Part shown: one piece after another, positions 63,649 to 64,000 of the stretch | How positions within the stretch are numbered: position 1 is the first letter of the stretch | Layout of the letters: every line of letters starts with the position of its first letter | Assembly: GCA_964016885.1 (NCBI GenBank) | Contig: OZ024752.1 | Span: forward strand, 6,634,001-6,698,000 | Reading direction: 5' to 3' | Length of the DNA stretch: 64,000 nt | Source: Eledone cirrhosa | Taxonomy: Eukaryota | The notes under the pieces: generated by a model | What the model saw: only the letters and a program-made list of their open reading frames with translations | The model's database searches: none | Told to the model about the DNA's origin: nothing | Program-made: the position numbers and the translations under genes

Positions 63649-64000
63649 GGAGAGTGAACTGAGTTGACTGGAGAGTGAACTGAGTTGACTGGAGAGTGAA
63701 CTGAGTTGACTGGAGAGTGAACTGAGTTGATTGGAGAGTGAACCGAGTTGATTGGAGAGTGAACTGAGTTGACTGGAGAGTGAACTGAGTTGACTGGAGA
63801 CTGAACTGAGTTGATTGGAGAGTGAACCGAGTTGACTGGAGAGTGAACCGAGTTGATTGGAGAGTGAACCGAGTTGACTGGAGAGTGAACCGAGTTGATT
63901 GGAGAGTGAACCGAGTTGATTGGAGAGTGAACCGAGTTGACTGGAGAGTGAACCGAGTTGACTGGAGAGTGAACCGAGTTGACTGGAGAGTGAACCGAGT
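63649..64000. repeat. 21-bp minisatellite running off the window
   Basis: GGAGAGTGAACTGAGTTGACT variants. Confidence 0.96.

Overview
AT-rich, repeat-saturated eukaryotic DNA. It is most likely from an octopod cephalopod, an inference from the tRNA-derived/CORE SINE families, RTE LINEs with (ATG)n tails and dense (TA)n/(CA)n microsatellites. No complete host gene is visible: nearly all ORF-track entries are microsatellite or minisatellite artefacts, and only two or three weak exon candidates exist. Supported content: RTE, CR1 and Tx1/L1-like LINE fragments (one young RTE with an intact C-terminal ORF carrying a PHD-type finger), three SINE families, piggyBac-, hAT- and Tigger-like MITEs, a probable non-autonomous Helitron, and many minisatellites, several of which grew inside transposons. 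The main discovery is a set of short (~150-300 bp) elements embedded in (TA)n tracts that carry type I hammerhead ribozyme (HHR) motifs. There are about nine full or degenerate cores plus three half-cores, from about seven sequence families. Several sit in long fold-back palindromes that place a ribozyme on both strands or fold exactly at a ribozyme stem. They resemble Penelope-like-element (PLE) terminal repeats or non-LTR retrozymes. All structures were folded by eye; none was tested computationally.
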